Positions 47,442-57,445 are shown, numbered from the stretch's first letter. The stretch is DNA of 63,296 nucleotides from a virus (IMGVR_UViG_3300001242_000003:1-63296); one strand, 5' to 3'. Notes: generated by a model not told the origin, from the sequence alone. A program made the numbers and translations.

Positions 47442-49031
47442 ATGAGTAAAAAGAGTAATGCGAAAAGAGCAATACAAATGAAACAAATGCAAAGCGTTCC
47501 GCAGCAACCAGCACATTTGATGCTTGATGCTTTTCAAAATGTTCTTGCAAGAATGGGAACAGGAACGCCAAGCATGATGGAATCAACACAATATCCAATG
47601 ACACGTTTAACAAAAGACTATAATTTGATGAATAGTTTGTACCGTAGCCATTGGATTGTTCGCCGAATTATTGATGTAATACCCGAAGATATGTGCAAGA
47701 ATTGGTATAAAATATCAAGCCAATTAAGGCCGGAGTTCCTTGAAAAAATTAGAGTAGTTGAAAGAAAAACAAGCGTTAAAAGGCGTATACTTGAGGCGTT
47801 AAAGTGGGGAAGGCTTTATGGAGGCGCCGCTACTATTGTAATGATTGAAGGTCATGAAAATATACTTGACCAACCTTTAGAGCTTGATATGGTGCTTCCA
47901 GGCAGTTTTAAAGGGCTATTAGTAGTTGATAGATGGTCAGGTATAAGTCCGGGAACTGATTTAGTTACGGACATTAATGACCCTGATTTTGGTTTGCCTG
48001 CAACATATCAAATAACAAACAACGCTTCCCATAATGTAATAATTGTGCATCATAGTCGTGTGTTGAGATTTATCGGTCGTGACTTGCCGTTTTGGGAAAA
48101 GCAAGCAGAAGTATATTGGGGTGCTTCAGAGGTTGAGCATATATTTGATGAACTAAAGAAGCGTGATAACACTTCATGGAATATAGCAAATCTTGTATTT
48201 AGAGCTAATCTAAATGTATTACAAATGGAAGGTATGGATCAAGTATTAACTGTTGGTAACGACAAAATGCGTCAGGATTTGTATAACACAGTGCAGGCTC
48301 AAAACTGGCTTATGAATAATTTTAGTATGTATATACTTGGTCGGAATGATAAGTTTGATACTAAGCAGTATACTTTTAGTGGCTTATCAGACATATATGA
48401 GAATTTTATGTCCGATATTTCCGGTGCTGCTGAAATACCAATGACTAAACTGTTTGGTAGATCTCCAGCAGGCATGAATGCAACTGGCGAAAGTGATTTA
48501 CAAAACTACTATGAAGTAATTGAAGAACGACAAGAGTCTTATTTGAGGCCGGTGCTTGATAAATTGCTTCCTGTTATATTTGTTTCGGAATTAGGAGCTA
48601 TACCAGACGATTTTGACTATAAGTTCAATCCTATTCGCAGAGTATCAAATGAGGAAAGAGCTGAATTAACATCTAAAATGGCAGGTTCAGTCATTGAAGT
48701 ATTTAACGCAGGGCTTATTAGCCAAAAAATAGCTATGCAAGAGCTTCGTCAAATGGAGGAAATAACTGGAATGTGGTCAAATATTACTGATGAAGATATT
48801 GCAAATGCTGACGCAAGTATACAGCAACCTATGGGTGAATCAGGTGTTCCCGGAATGGGTGAAGGAATGGAAGGTTTATTTAACAATATAAGCGTTAAAA
48901 ATAAACAATCAGAAAATAATATTGATGAATCGTTGCAACAAATACAATATCAGCAACATAAAAATAAAGTGCTGGTTGATGATGCTTTAAACAAAATGGC
49001 GTTTGACTCAATGCCAAAAAACTTTGCTTGA
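47442..49031 (+). CDS. Portal protein (DUF1073-like)
   Basis: W.RLYGG, HHSRV..F, IP.TKLFG.SP.GMNATGESD..NYY. Confidence 0.9.
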   Translation: MSKKSNAKRAIQMKQMQSVPQQPAHLMLDAFQNVLARMGTGTPSMMESTQYPMTRLTKDYNLMNSLYRSHWIVRRIIDVIPEDMCKNWYKISSQLRPEFLEKIRVVERKTSVKRRILEALKWGRLYGGAATIVMIEGHENILDQPLELDMVLPGSFKGLLVVDRWSGISPGTDLVTDINDPDFGLPATYQITNNASHNVIIVHHSRVLRFIGRDLPFWEKQAEVYWGASEVEHIFDELKKRDNTSWNIANLVFRANLNVLQMEGMDQVLTVGNDKMRQDLYNTVQAQNWLMNNFSMYILGRNDKFDTKQYTFSGLSDIYENFMSDISGAAEIPMTKLFGRSPAGMNATGESDLQNYYEVIEERQESYLRPVLDKLLPVIFVSELGAIPDDFDYKFNPIRRVSNEERAELTSKMAGSVIEVFNAGLISQKIAMQELRQMEEITGMWSNITDEDIANADASIQQPMGESGVPGMGEGMEGLFNNISVKNKQSENNIDESLQQIQYQQHKNKVLVDDALNKMAFDSMPKNFA

Positions 49032-49134
49032 GAAAATAGAGGCTCTTGAATATGACAATAAAAGTTTAGTTTTTGATGCGTAGTGGTAAAGTTTTAAAAT
49101 GATTAAATTTAAACAAAATTTAATCAAATAGCTA

Positions 49135-49163
49135 TTTACAAATCTACTTTTATATGTTATAAT
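49135..49163 (+). promoter_or_regulatory. SigA-type promoter TTTACA-N17-TATAAT
   Basis: Exact motif. Confidence 0.75.
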
Positions 49164-49184
49164 AATATTTATACCTTAAAAGAG

Positions 49185-50762
49185 GTGATTCAAATAGATA
49201 AGAAACAAATACTTATTCCGCTTGTTAATGTGTTGACAGGTTTAGTTACAGTTATAGAGCAGGAAAATAAGAAAACTTTAACACATGACGGGGGAGAAGG
49301 AAGCGGTAATCATGGCCATAAAGGCAGACCAGGGAAAATTGGCGGAAGTGGTGAAGGTGGAGGAAGTTCTGAGACTGGACCAAAAACGAAAGCTGAATAT
49401 GTTGAAGCGCTTCTTGGTCATGAAAAAGCAGGATACCCTGAATCAAAAAGAGCTATATTAGGGGAGCGCAGTTTATCACATTTAGAGAATTCCTATAAAG
49501 AAATGATAGTAAAATACGGTCCTAGTAAGAAAGAAGTAAAAAGCGAAAGTGAAAAAGGTAGTAAATTTCCTAGCACTGTTAAGAAGCTTTGGGATTATAA
49601 AACTATAGCTGGTTTACGCAGTCTTGCCAGTGAATATGTAAAAGGCGATCCTAAGCAGTATTCAAGACCAGGTTTAGCTATTCATATAGCTTTAAAAGCT
49701 AGAGCTAATGGAGAAACAGACCATCTTTATAAAGGTTTAAAGGAAGCTTATCCTGAAGCGCCAAAGTCGTATGAAGAAGTGGAGAAGATGCATCCGTTAG
49801 CTTTATCATATAGATGTAAGCTTGCTGCTATTGAAGGCTGGGATAAGCTTACTGAAAGGCATTTAAAAGCAAAGCTTGCAAAGGCATATGGGTATTATAA
49901 ACCTGATTCAGCTACTGTTAAATCGGTAAAATCAGTTGCTGAGAAAACTAAGGAACAACCGGTGCCAGAAAACAATAGGCAGATTGTTCGTGGTCAAGAT
50001 AGCTTCATGAAGCGTTATGTTCCGCCAGCTAAAACAGTTAATGAATATGAAGAAGCTGTAGAAGGTTCGCTTGAATTTCATGCAAATAAAAATAAAATGT
50101 CAGTAGAAGAATACAAAAAAGCAGTAAGTGAGAAGATTCAAAGTATGATTGACAATTGTGATTTAAAAATGCGAATTAGACCAAGTGTTTTGCATGATTT
50201 CATCTTACACAATGGTGGCAGAATGAAGAATCAGTTTGAAACAGGAACTTCTGGTGGTTGTTTAAGTAGCTCAGCAAGAAGCAGATGTGAAAAATCTTAT
50301 TGGGATATTCACCATGAAGCTGACGGAGCTTCAAGACCAATTTATGGATATATGTATAGTGATGAAGCATTTGATAGTCGTGGGCCAGGTTATGTTGATC
50401 ATTATGGCGGGTTGTCAATAACTTTTAAGTCTGAGGTAAAACAAAGAGCTACAGTGACGTGTGGTGATACTTTAAATAAACACCGTGGTGAATATAATAC
50501 CAGCTTTTTAGCTAAACCGGTTACTAATGTTGATTATTCAATATTATCAAGAGATGTTTTAAGTTCACTTTCAGGTGATCCACTTAAAGCAGGCAACCTA
50601 TCTGAAATAAGAGGAGAATATTTTGAAGCTCAGATATTTGGTCCTACTACTGTCCATGATATTGCTCATGTCTCCTTTGCTGGGACTGAGCCAGAAAAAA
50701 GAATTACGGATGTTTTAGATAAACTAGGTATTCCTTGGCATAAAGGCAAAGAAAAAGAATAG
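49185..50762 (+). CDS. Head-locus protein with GGxGSGNxGHxGRPG motif and C-terminal DUF3626-like domain
   Basis: DGGEGSGNHGHKGRPGKIGGS; NQFETGTSGG...RPIYG...YG...RAT.T.GD...YFEAQIFG. Confidence 0.65.
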   Translation: MIQIDKKQILIPLVNVLTGLVTVIEQENKKTLTHDGGEGSGNHGHKGRPGKIGGSGEGGGSSETGPKTKAEYVEALLGHEKAGYPESKRAILGERSLSHLENSYKEMIVKYGPSKKEVKSESEKGSKFPSTVKKLWDYKTIAGLRSLASEYVKGDPKQYSRPGLAIHIALKARANGETDHLYKGLKEAYPEAPKSYEEVEKMHPLALSYRCKLAAIEGWDKLTERHLKAKLAKAYGYYKPDSATVKSVKSVAEKTKEQPVPENNRQIVRGQDSFMKRYVPPAKTVNEYEEAVEGSLEFHANKNKMSVEEYKKAVSEKIQSMIDNCDLKMRIRPSVLHDFILHNGGRMKNQFETGTSGGCLSSSARSRCEKSYWDIHHEADGASRPIYGYMYSDEAFDSRGPGYVDHYGGLSITFKSEVKQRATVTCGDTLNKHRGEYNTSFLAKPVTNVDYSILSRDVLSSLSGDPLKAGNLSEIRGEYFEAQIFGPTTVHDIAHVSFAGTEPEKRITDVLDKLGIPWHKGKEKE

Positions 50763-50774
50763 GAGGTGATATAA

Positions 50775-51029
50775 ATGTTGGAAGGCAAAGTAGTAGCAAC
50801 ACAAGGAACCGGAACCTTTTTAATTGACGTAGGAAAAGGAAAAGCTGTTATTTTTGAGTTTGACAAGAAAACAGTTTCAACTCCATACAACATTGACTCA
50901 ATTGTTGCCCGTGGCTATTGGGATGAATATGATGAAGAAAAAGAAGGACCAATTGATGTTTCGGCGTTAATAAAAGGCGCTAAAGAAATAGATTGGGAAG
51001 GTAAAGAAACAGGGCAGATTGCCGGGTGA
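50775..51029 (+). CDS. Small acidic protein (possible immunity/partner)
   Basis: AGGAGG RBS directly after the DUF3626-like gene. Confidence 0.65.
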   Translation: MLEGKVVATQGTGTFLIDVGKGKAVIFEFDKKTVSTPYNIDSIVARGYWDEYDEEKEGPIDVSALIKGAKEIDWEGKETGQIAG

Positions 51030-51034
51030 TATAA

Positions 51035-51865
51035 ATGCCAAAAAATCCATGGGAGCCTAAGGAAAGGCTTGAACATGGTTATTTTAAATCGCTAAACGAA
51101 ATGTTTAAATATTTGTTCGAGCTTATAAAAAATGAAGTTAATCCATTTATTATTGCCAAGACGTTAAAGTTTGCAATGAATAATCCGGTAATAAAAAGAT
51201 TTGCGTATCAAAAAGCTTCCAAAATGGTAACGCTTTTGTCAGTTGAGAACGCTAAATCATGGCGTCAGGCAGCAGCTAAAGGAAGTAAAGGCAATATTAT
51301 TTACAAAGCGTTAATGCAAGAGCTTAGAGGTCCTATTGGCGGTGAAGTGTATGCTCAAGTAATGCGCAACGCTGGTATAATAACAACTCTTCCGATAGAA
51401 ATATCAGAAAGCGTAACAGAATACATAGCTCGGGAGAGCTTCAAAGGTAAAAGAGCTTTAGAGATCGCAGAAGAAATAAAAACAATGTTTCCGGATAAAA
51501 CAACAGCTAGAGCTAAATTAATTGCTAGAACTGAAGTAAGCAAAACTTCAACAGCGTTAACAAGAGCTAGAGCTGAAAGTATTAATCTTCCTTGGTATGA
51601 ATGGCGTACAAGCGAAGACCAACGTGTAAGGTCAAGTCATAAGCATATGGATAAGGTTCTAATACGTTGGAAAGATGCACCAAGACCGGAAAAGTTAATT
51701 GGAATGCATAATCCACCAGCGCCTTATCATGCCGGAGAGATATATAATTGTAGGTGTTATCCTGCTCCAGTAGTTTATGCTGAATATGTAAAATGGCCTC
51801 ACAAAGTGTTTTATGGTGGGGCTATTGTTATGATGACTAAGAAGCAGTTTGAGCAAATAATGTAA
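51035..51865 (+). CDS. MuF / SPP1 gp7 family minor head protein
   Basis: A.LIARTE, Y.W.T..D.RVR.SH, G...NCRC. Confidence 0.9.
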   Translation: MPKNPWEPKERLEHGYFKSLNEMFKYLFELIKNEVNPFIIAKTLKFAMNNPVIKRFAYQKASKMVTLLSVENAKSWRQAAAKGSKGNIIYKALMQELRGPIGGEVYAQVMRNAGIITTLPIEISESVTEYIARESFKGKRALEIAEEIKTMFPDKTTARAKLIARTEVSKTSTALTRARAESINLPWYEWRTSEDQRVRSSHKHMDKVLIRWKDAPRPEKLIGMHNPPAPYHAGEIYNCRCYPAPVVYAEYVKWPHKVFYGGAIVMMTKKQFEQIM

Positions 51866-51874
51866 AAAAAGAAG

Positions 51875-53404
51875 GTGGTTAAAATACCTAATCCTGGAAT
51901 TAAAAATTTACCGCCGAGCACGGGAAGGATAATACAAGAAGATGGTGATGTTGTAAATTTTGCTGATGTGCTTTACAATTCAGAAGGCAAGCAATTGTTT
52001 TCCAATGACAATCCAGCAGTAGTTGAAGTGCAAAGTAAATTTAATGGTGGAATTGCAACAGGTGGTAGTAACACAACCATCATTGACGATGCTAAGAGCT
52101 TTGAAATTAATATGTTTTCTGGCAATGTAGTAAAAGTAATTGTTGCTGATATTGAATATTACCGTACCGTTTTGAGTAACACAGAAACAACTTTAACAAT
52201 TTCTAGCTTGCCCGGTTCTGCTGCAAGTGCCATTTTGGGAACAGCAGGAACCGCTGAAGTTACTGTAATTTGTGCAAATAAAGGTATTGGTGGTAACGAA
52301 TATACAGCTGAAATTATAGAAGCTCCTGGTACTGATGATAATTTAAGTGCTTCATTAATTGGACTTGTTTTAACTATTTATTTGGGTAAAACAGGAGGAG
52401 TTTTAGACAATACTAAAAATACTGCTACCGCTGTAGCTGCTGTAATTGACCAAATACCCGAGTTTTTTGCAACAATGACAGGCTCAGGAGGGGTAATTGA
52501 GGTTACTGTTGAGCCAGTATCATTTAATGGCGGTATAGCAATTGTTTCTGTATCCGTTGGTTGTGATTATCAAATCAATACTGATTTATCGGTATTAGCT
52601 ACCTCTGAAAGGCAAGATACTCAAACTTCAGCATTAAATGACATACTTGAGCAACTTGAGATGGGCAATGCGCCTAACATATTAAGAAATACGGGTAAGA
52701 TGCCTCCTATAGGCACTGTATTAGGCGCCGGTGGGACATATGAGTCAGACGTTATTGACCGTCCAAATCAAAACATACCGGTTGGACAGACTAGAATATG
52801 GGTGTATGCAGATCAATCTGGGGTTTTAAATTTACGTGAATCTCATAATGGAATAAATTGGACAACAACAAATACTTTGGCTGTTTCTGCCGGAATAACT
52901 AACATTATGAATTGGTTTAAAATGACGCGCAGATATGCGAAAGTAGAGTATGTCAATGGTGGTGTAGCACAAACAGAATTTATTTTGTTGCAATATTTCC
53001 TTGGCGTAGGAGTTACGCTCATAAAAGCCGATGACGGTGATATAGTTTCCATAGGATTAAGAGCTGATGCACCAGTCATTAATCCAGCATTGTCAGCGAG
53101 TGAAATAGCCCTTTTAAAGGGTATATTAAGTCAACTTCAGGGTGGCGGTTCTGGAGCTGCGCCTGTGCAACTAACTGGTAGTACAGTGGAAAAAGCATTT
53201 AGTATTACACCAAACGATAACGCAGACCTGACCAATAATACAATAGCCATTTTTGTGGGCAGCGGTGGTAATCTTAAAATAGACACCATAAATGGTGATA
53301 CCATAACCATGACTAATATTGCTGTCGGGGTGTGGCACCCCATTAAAGTGAAAAAGGTTTATGCAATCGGCACAACAGTTACCAGTGTTTTGGGTGCTTA
53401 CTGA
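51875..53404 (+). CDS. Putative virion decoration protein with cassette-derived C-terminus
   Basis: Thr/Gly-rich beta protein; QLTGST junction encoded at ~53168. Confidence 0.6.
   Translation: MVKIPNPGIKNLPPSTGRIIQEDGDVVNFADVLYNSEGKQLFSNDNPAVVEVQSKFNGGIATGGSNTTIIDDAKSFEINMFSGNVVKVIVADIEYYRTVLSNTETTLTISSLPGSAASAILGTAGTAEVTVICANKGIGGNEYTAEIIEAPGTDDNLSASLIGLVLTIYLGKTGGVLDNTKNTATAVAAVIDQIPEFFATMTGSGGVIEVTVEPVSFNGGIAIVSVSVGCDYQINTDLSVLATSERQDTQTSALNDILEQLEMGNAPNILRNTGKMPPIGTVLGAGGTYESDVIDRPNQNIPVGQTRIWVYADQSGVLNLRESHNGINWTTTNTLAVSAGITNIMNWFKMTRRYAKVEYVNGGVAQTEFILLQYFLGVGVTLIKADDGDIVSIGLRADAPVINPALSASEIALLKGILSQLQGGGSGAAPVQLTGSTVEKAFSITPNDNADLTNNTIAIFVGSGGNLKIDTINGDTITMTNIAVGVWHPIKVKKVYAIGTTVTSVLGAY
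53166..53185. repeat. Cassette entry site TGCAACTAACTGGTAGTACA
   Basis: Exact 20-bp match to 61093-61112 in an otherwise unrelated gene. Confidence 0.8.
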
Positions 53405-53955
53405 TGTTAGGTCTTACTATCGACATACCAACCGCTGCAGTACAAAATTTCCATATTATTGATAATTTTAACCGACCAGACAATAGCGTTACTCTTGGTA
53501 ATGCGGAAACGGGGCAACCATGGTCAGGTGCTACTGGATATGGAATTATTGAGAATCAAGCTTACGCGCTAAGTGCTAATAATGGAGCAGTAATCGATTC
53601 GTATTTAGCAAATGCTACATTACAGGCCACTCTAGCAACGAATATCGGGTTAGGTAGATTACTTTTTCGTTATACCTCAACATCTAATTATTTGCAAATA
53701 GTCCCAGTAATCAGTGGCGCATATAAAATATATAAAACCGTAGCAGGTAGTGCAGTAGAGATTGGATCTCATAATACAATGCCTGCAAACGGTGACTTAA
53801 TTAAAGTAGTCTACGTCGACTCATTAATTAAATTGTATATTAATGGAACTCTTAAGTTAACAGTTGCCGAAGAATTTAATAAAAATGCAACTAAAGTCGG
53901 CATAAAGAGTGGTTATACAGCCAATAGATACGATAATTTCCAATTGGAGGGGTAA
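53404..53955 (+). CDS. Lectin/ConA-like beta-sandwich protein (cassette gene)
   Basis: DNFNR.D...LG.AETGQ.W ... YING...KVGI...DNF. Confidence 0.6.
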   Translation: MLGLTIDIPTAAVQNFHIIDNFNRPDNSVTLGNAETGQPWSGATGYGIIENQAYALSANNGAVIDSYLANATLQATLATNIGLGRLLFRYTSTSNYLQIVPVISGAYKIYKTVAGSAVEIGSHNTMPANGDLIKVVYVDSLIKLYINGTLKLTVAEEFNKNATKVGIKSGYTANRYDNFQLEG

Positions 53956-53957
53956 AA

Positions 53958-54104
53958 ATGATAGTTACCGTGGCTAAAATTATGATTATGGATGAGGACG
54001 TTGGGGAAATGGTTATAGTTCCCGACCTGTCGGAATATGGTAATGTTTCGTGGGGAAAAATTTCAGAGACCGAGGAAACAATGACAGTTGAAATCTACGA
54101 ATAA
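53958..54104 (+). CDS. 48-aa hypothetical protein (cassette gene)
   Basis: GGAGGGG RBS; stop abuts the recombination-like site; not in ORF track. Confidence 0.6.
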   Translation: MIVTVAKIMIMDEDVGEMVIVPDLSEYGNVSWGKISETEETMTVEIYE

Positions 54105-54106
54105 CC

Positions 54107-54128
54107 AACTAACGAAGTTGCGTTAGTC
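54107..54128. repeat. Putative cassette recombination site AACTAACG-AAGTTG-CGTTAGTC
   Basis: 7/8 inverted repeat with 6-bp spacer, 2 nt after a stop; 20/22 identical to 1377-1398. Confidence 0.75.
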
Positions 54129-54186
54129 CGTAAGGTAGTTTAATTTATTGTATAAAATCTTGTATAATATTTAATTTTGAAAGAAG

Positions 54187-55488
54187 GTGGTGAATAATGT
54201 GAAGGCGTTTTATGGTTCAAAAATAAGTCCTAACCAAACTAAGACTCCAGAAGGATTTTTAATTTGTCATAATGTTCCTATAACTAGAGTTGGTTGGCTA
54301 GAGTATTTAGGCCAAGAGCTTGGCTTAAAAGACGCTTATGATCAAATTGTTAAAGTTTATAGGAGTTATGAAGAAGTTTTTAATCCAGCAACAATGGCTT
54401 CATTTGAGAGTAAGTCTGTCACTGATGGTCATCCCTCAAGTGATGTAAGAGCAGACAATTATAGTAGTTATGAAAAGGGGCAAGTTACAAATGTAAGGCA
54501 AGGTCAAGGAAATGAATCAGATTTATTATTAGCTGATTTAGTCATAAAAGACCCGTTGCTTATATCAGAAATTGATCATAATGGCAAGCGTGAAGTCTCT
54601 TGTGGTTATGATTGCAATTATATTCCAATTCCAGGCGAAGAAGGTAAGTATAGCCAAGTCCAAATAAGAGGTAATCATGTTGCAGTTGTTCCTTCCGGAA
54701 GAGCCGGCAACAGGGTTTCAATAAAGGATGAAAGTCCAAAAATAAAAAGGTATGAAAGGAGAAAGAAAATGCCTATTAATAAAAAAGGTATATTCGGAAG
54801 AATGTTATCAGCGTTTGCAAGGGATGCTGAACCTGAGGAATTAGCTGAGGCTGCAAAAATGGGGCCTACAGAAGATGGCATCGGAATTGATCCAAATGTT
54901 CAAGTTGTACCAGCTAAGCCAGTAGTTGATGAACCATCGCAACAAAATATTAGTATTTCAGAGCTTGTTAAACAAGTGCAAGCGTTAACCGCAGTCGTAG
55001 GTCAGCTTTTGCAGGCTGAAAAATCTGAACCGAATCACAGTCCTGATGACCTTGAAAGCTTAATTTCAGAGCTTGAGGCGCCAAATGGCCAACGTGACAA
55101 TGCTGGTGAAGAATCAGTAACTATTTCTCCGGAACAAATGACTGATGCTGAACCAATTTCTTCGCCTTGTGATAGGCCTAATAATCCTATTCCGGGAGCT
55201 GATAGAAATGTTGTTTTAAATGCTATTAAGGCTATAAAGCCAATTATTGCTGCTATTCCCGATGCCGGTGAAAGAAAGAAAGCGTCTGATGCTCTTGCTA
55301 AAACTTTCAGGGATCAAATTGTTCAATCTCCTGTAAAGTTTGGTAACTTAAATGGCTATGAAGCTATTCAAAGCGCTATTTCAGCCAATGCTAGACAAAC
55401 AAAAGACAGCAATAAGCCTGACCCTGCTGAAGAAGGAAGAAATTGGGCTAAAAAATATAATCCTCATTGCAAAGAAGGAGGCAAATAA
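54187..55488 (+). CDS. DUF2213 prohead protease / scaffold
   Basis: TPEGFLIC.NVPI.R.G, VT.GHP, EVSCGY, NHVAVV..GRAG. Confidence 0.88.
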   Translation: MVNNVKAFYGSKISPNQTKTPEGFLICHNVPITRVGWLEYLGQELGLKDAYDQIVKVYRSYEEVFNPATMASFESKSVTDGHPSSDVRADNYSSYEKGQVTNVRQGQGNESDLLLADLVIKDPLLISEIDHNGKREVSCGYDCNYIPIPGEEGKYSQVQIRGNHVAVVPSGRAGNRVSIKDESPKIKRYERRKKMPINKKGIFGRMLSAFARDAEPEELAEAAKMGPTEDGIGIDPNVQVVPAKPVVDEPSQQNISISELVKQVQALTAVVGQLLQAEKSEPNHSPDDLESLISELEAPNGQRDNAGEESVTISPEQMTDAEPISSPCDRPNNPIPGADRNVVLNAIKAIKPIIAAIPDAGERKKASDALAKTFRDQIVQSPVKFGNLNGYEAIQSAISANARQTKDSNKPDPAEEGRNWAKKYNPHCKEGGK

Positions 55489-55489
55489 T

Positions 55490-56002
55490 ATGCCAGGTCA
55501 AGCAATTGGAACAAGTATGCTTTATGGATATCCGGGTTCTTTTGCTCGGAATGGTGATTGTGTTATAAGAAACAGAATTGTTAAAACAACTGCTCCTGCT
55601 TTTGGTGACCCAGTTGTTTTAAACACTGATGGTACTGTTACAAAATTTGGTGCAGCTGGTACAGCAGCTACTTTTGATGGTGTTGCTGTTCGTGAAGTAA
55701 TGCAAAATGCAGCTTATTTGCCTGCTATTGGAACTTATGCAGTTGGCCAGCCGTGTGATGTTATTCAGCGTGGTTCTGTTTCGGTTATTTGTAATGTTGG
55801 CACTCCTACTGCTGGTGGGGCTGTATACATAAGAGTTACAGCAAATGCAGGTATTCCGGCTGGAGTTGTTGGCGGATTTGAATTCCGTTCTGATACTGAT
55901 GACGACAAGTGTCTTTTAATTACAAATGCCAAATGGACGAATGGTTTAATTGATGCTAATAAAGTGGCTGAATTAACCATACTTAGTCGGCTTAATCCCT
56001 AA
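55490..56002 (+). CDS. Head decoration / cement protein
   Basis: MPG.AIG..M..G.PG...RGSVSV.C..G.P..GG.VYIR; ATG 55490 after GGAGG. Confidence 0.75.
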   Translation: MPGQAIGTSMLYGYPGSFARNGDCVIRNRIVKTTAPAFGDPVVLNTDGTVTKFGAAGTAATFDGVAVREVMQNAAYLPAIGTYAVGQPCDVIQRGSVSVICNVGTPTAGGAVYIRVTANAGIPAGVVGGFEFRSDTDDDKCLLITNAKWTNGLIDANKVAELTILSRLNP

Positions 56003-56026
56003 AATAAATTAAGGAGGTAAAATACG

Positions 56027-57055
56027 TTGAGTGTAAAAACTTATCCAATTAAGGATATAAGAACAATTGACAGCTTGGTAGCAAGCCAAGGCGGATTCTC
56101 AATGATGACTACAGACGCAGCTACGGCTGGCGGCATGGCGTTTTTAATTGGTGAACTTGAAAAGCGTGATCCTAAAGTGCGTGAGCCATTGACTTCAGTT
56201 ACGTGGGCTCGTGATATTGTTGCCAAAACTGGTGGCGGATGGGTAGAATTTACTTCTACTATGAATGTAAGTTATGCTACTGCCGGACCAAATGATCATG
56301 GTATTATTGGTGGTGAAACTACTAATATTCCGGTAATGCAGGCTGATATTGGCAAAGATATTTACAAAGTTTTCACCTGGGGTAATATTCTCAAAATACC
56401 ATTTGTTGATCAGGCAAAACTGCAAAATATTGGCCGCAGTCTTGACGATATACTCGATAAAGGTATTCGTCTAAACTATAATAAAACTGTTGACCAAAGC
56501 GTTTATAAAGGATTTACATCCGCTGGTACTACTGGAATTATAAATGATCCTAATGTTGTAGCGACAAGCGTTGCAAATGGTGCAGCCGGTACCAGTGCTT
56601 GGAACACAAAAACTCCGGATGAAATTTTGAATGATATTAATCAGTTAATGATTGCAGGTTGGGCTGCTGCTGAGTATGATTTATCAGGTATGCCTAACCA
56701 TATCTTAATTCCTCCTGCTCAGTACGCTTATATTGTTGGTACTAAAGTTTCAGCAGCTGGTAACGTATCAATCCTGGAGTTCTTGTTGAATAATAATATC
56801 GGTAAAAACCAGGGCGTTGATTTAGTAATTGCTCCGTCAAGATGGTGTATTGGAGCTGGAACAGGTAATACAGACAGAATGCTTGCTTATGTAAATGATG
56901 AAGACAAACTTTATTTTGACCTTACTGTTCCGTGCGCTCGGATTATGACTCAGCCTTCAGTTACTGACATGGCGTATCTTACTGCTTATGCAGCACAAAT
57001 TGGTGTTGTTAAGTTTCTTTATTTGCAGCCGCCCCGTTATGGTGACGGAATCTAA
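56027..57055 (+). CDS. Major capsid protein (DUF2184 family)
   Basis: FL..ELEK.DP...EPL...TW.RDI; W..KTPDEIL.DIN; PNHILIPP. Confidence 0.92.
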   Translation: MSVKTYPIKDIRTIDSLVASQGGFSMMTTDAATAGGMAFLIGELEKRDPKVREPLTSVTWARDIVAKTGGGWVEFTSTMNVSYATAGPNDHGIIGGETTNIPVMQADIGKDIYKVFTWGNILKIPFVDQAKLQNIGRSLDDILDKGIRLNYNKTVDQSVYKGFTSAGTTGIINDPNVVATSVANGAAGTSAWNTKTPDEILNDINQLMIAGWAAAEYDLSGMPNHILIPPAQYAYIVGTKVSAAGNVSILEFLLNNNIGKNQGVDLVIAPSRWCIGAGTGNTDRMLAYVNDEDKLYFDLTVPCARIMTQPSVTDMAYLTAYAAQIGVVKFLYLQPPRYGDGI

Positions 57056-57068
57056 TTAAATAAACGAT

Positions 57069-57088
57069 GGGCAGGCGTTTACCTGCCC
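57069..57088 (+). terminator. Hairpin after the capsid gene
   Basis: GGGCAGG-CGTTTA-CCTGCCC; lacks a strong T-tract. Confidence 0.5.
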
Positions 57089-57121
57089 GCTACATATTAA
57101 ATAATTTGGGAGGTTTTATTT

Positions 57122-57445
57122 ATGGTAAGAGTATTCTCAAAAAGAACTTTTGAATTTACAAGACGTGAGGAAAAAGATGGCCTAATGGCTGCTGTAGAAG
57201 TTGCAAGAACTGGTACGCTTGATTTTTTTGATTTGCCTGATTGGGCTGTATCAGACCCGTTATTTAAGTGGGCGCAACAAGATGGAGACATCGAAGTTAT
57301 TTTTAACAAAGCTGATGAAAAGGAAGCTGAATTGAATGCAACTATTCAGCCGGCGCAAGCTGTTAATACTGCAAATGCAACACAGCAAAATAAGAACAAT
57401 AATGGCGCTAATTATAATAAAAACACAAGTTATGGTAAAAAATAA
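57122..57445 (+). CDS. Hypothetical head-associated protein
   Basis: PDW...DP.F..A..DG.I motif following the MCP. Confidence 0.65.
   Translation: MVRVFSKRTFEFTRREEKDGLMAAVEVARTGTLDFFDLPDWAVSDPLFKWAQQDGDIEVIFNKADEKEAELNATIQPAQAVNTANATQQNKNNNGANYNKNTSYGKK

Noticed and set aside
47442-49031. Portal as an anti-CBASS Acb1-like protein (common database label for this family)
   Set aside because: Position after terL and the motifs indicate a portal; no HxT phosphoesterase domain is seen.
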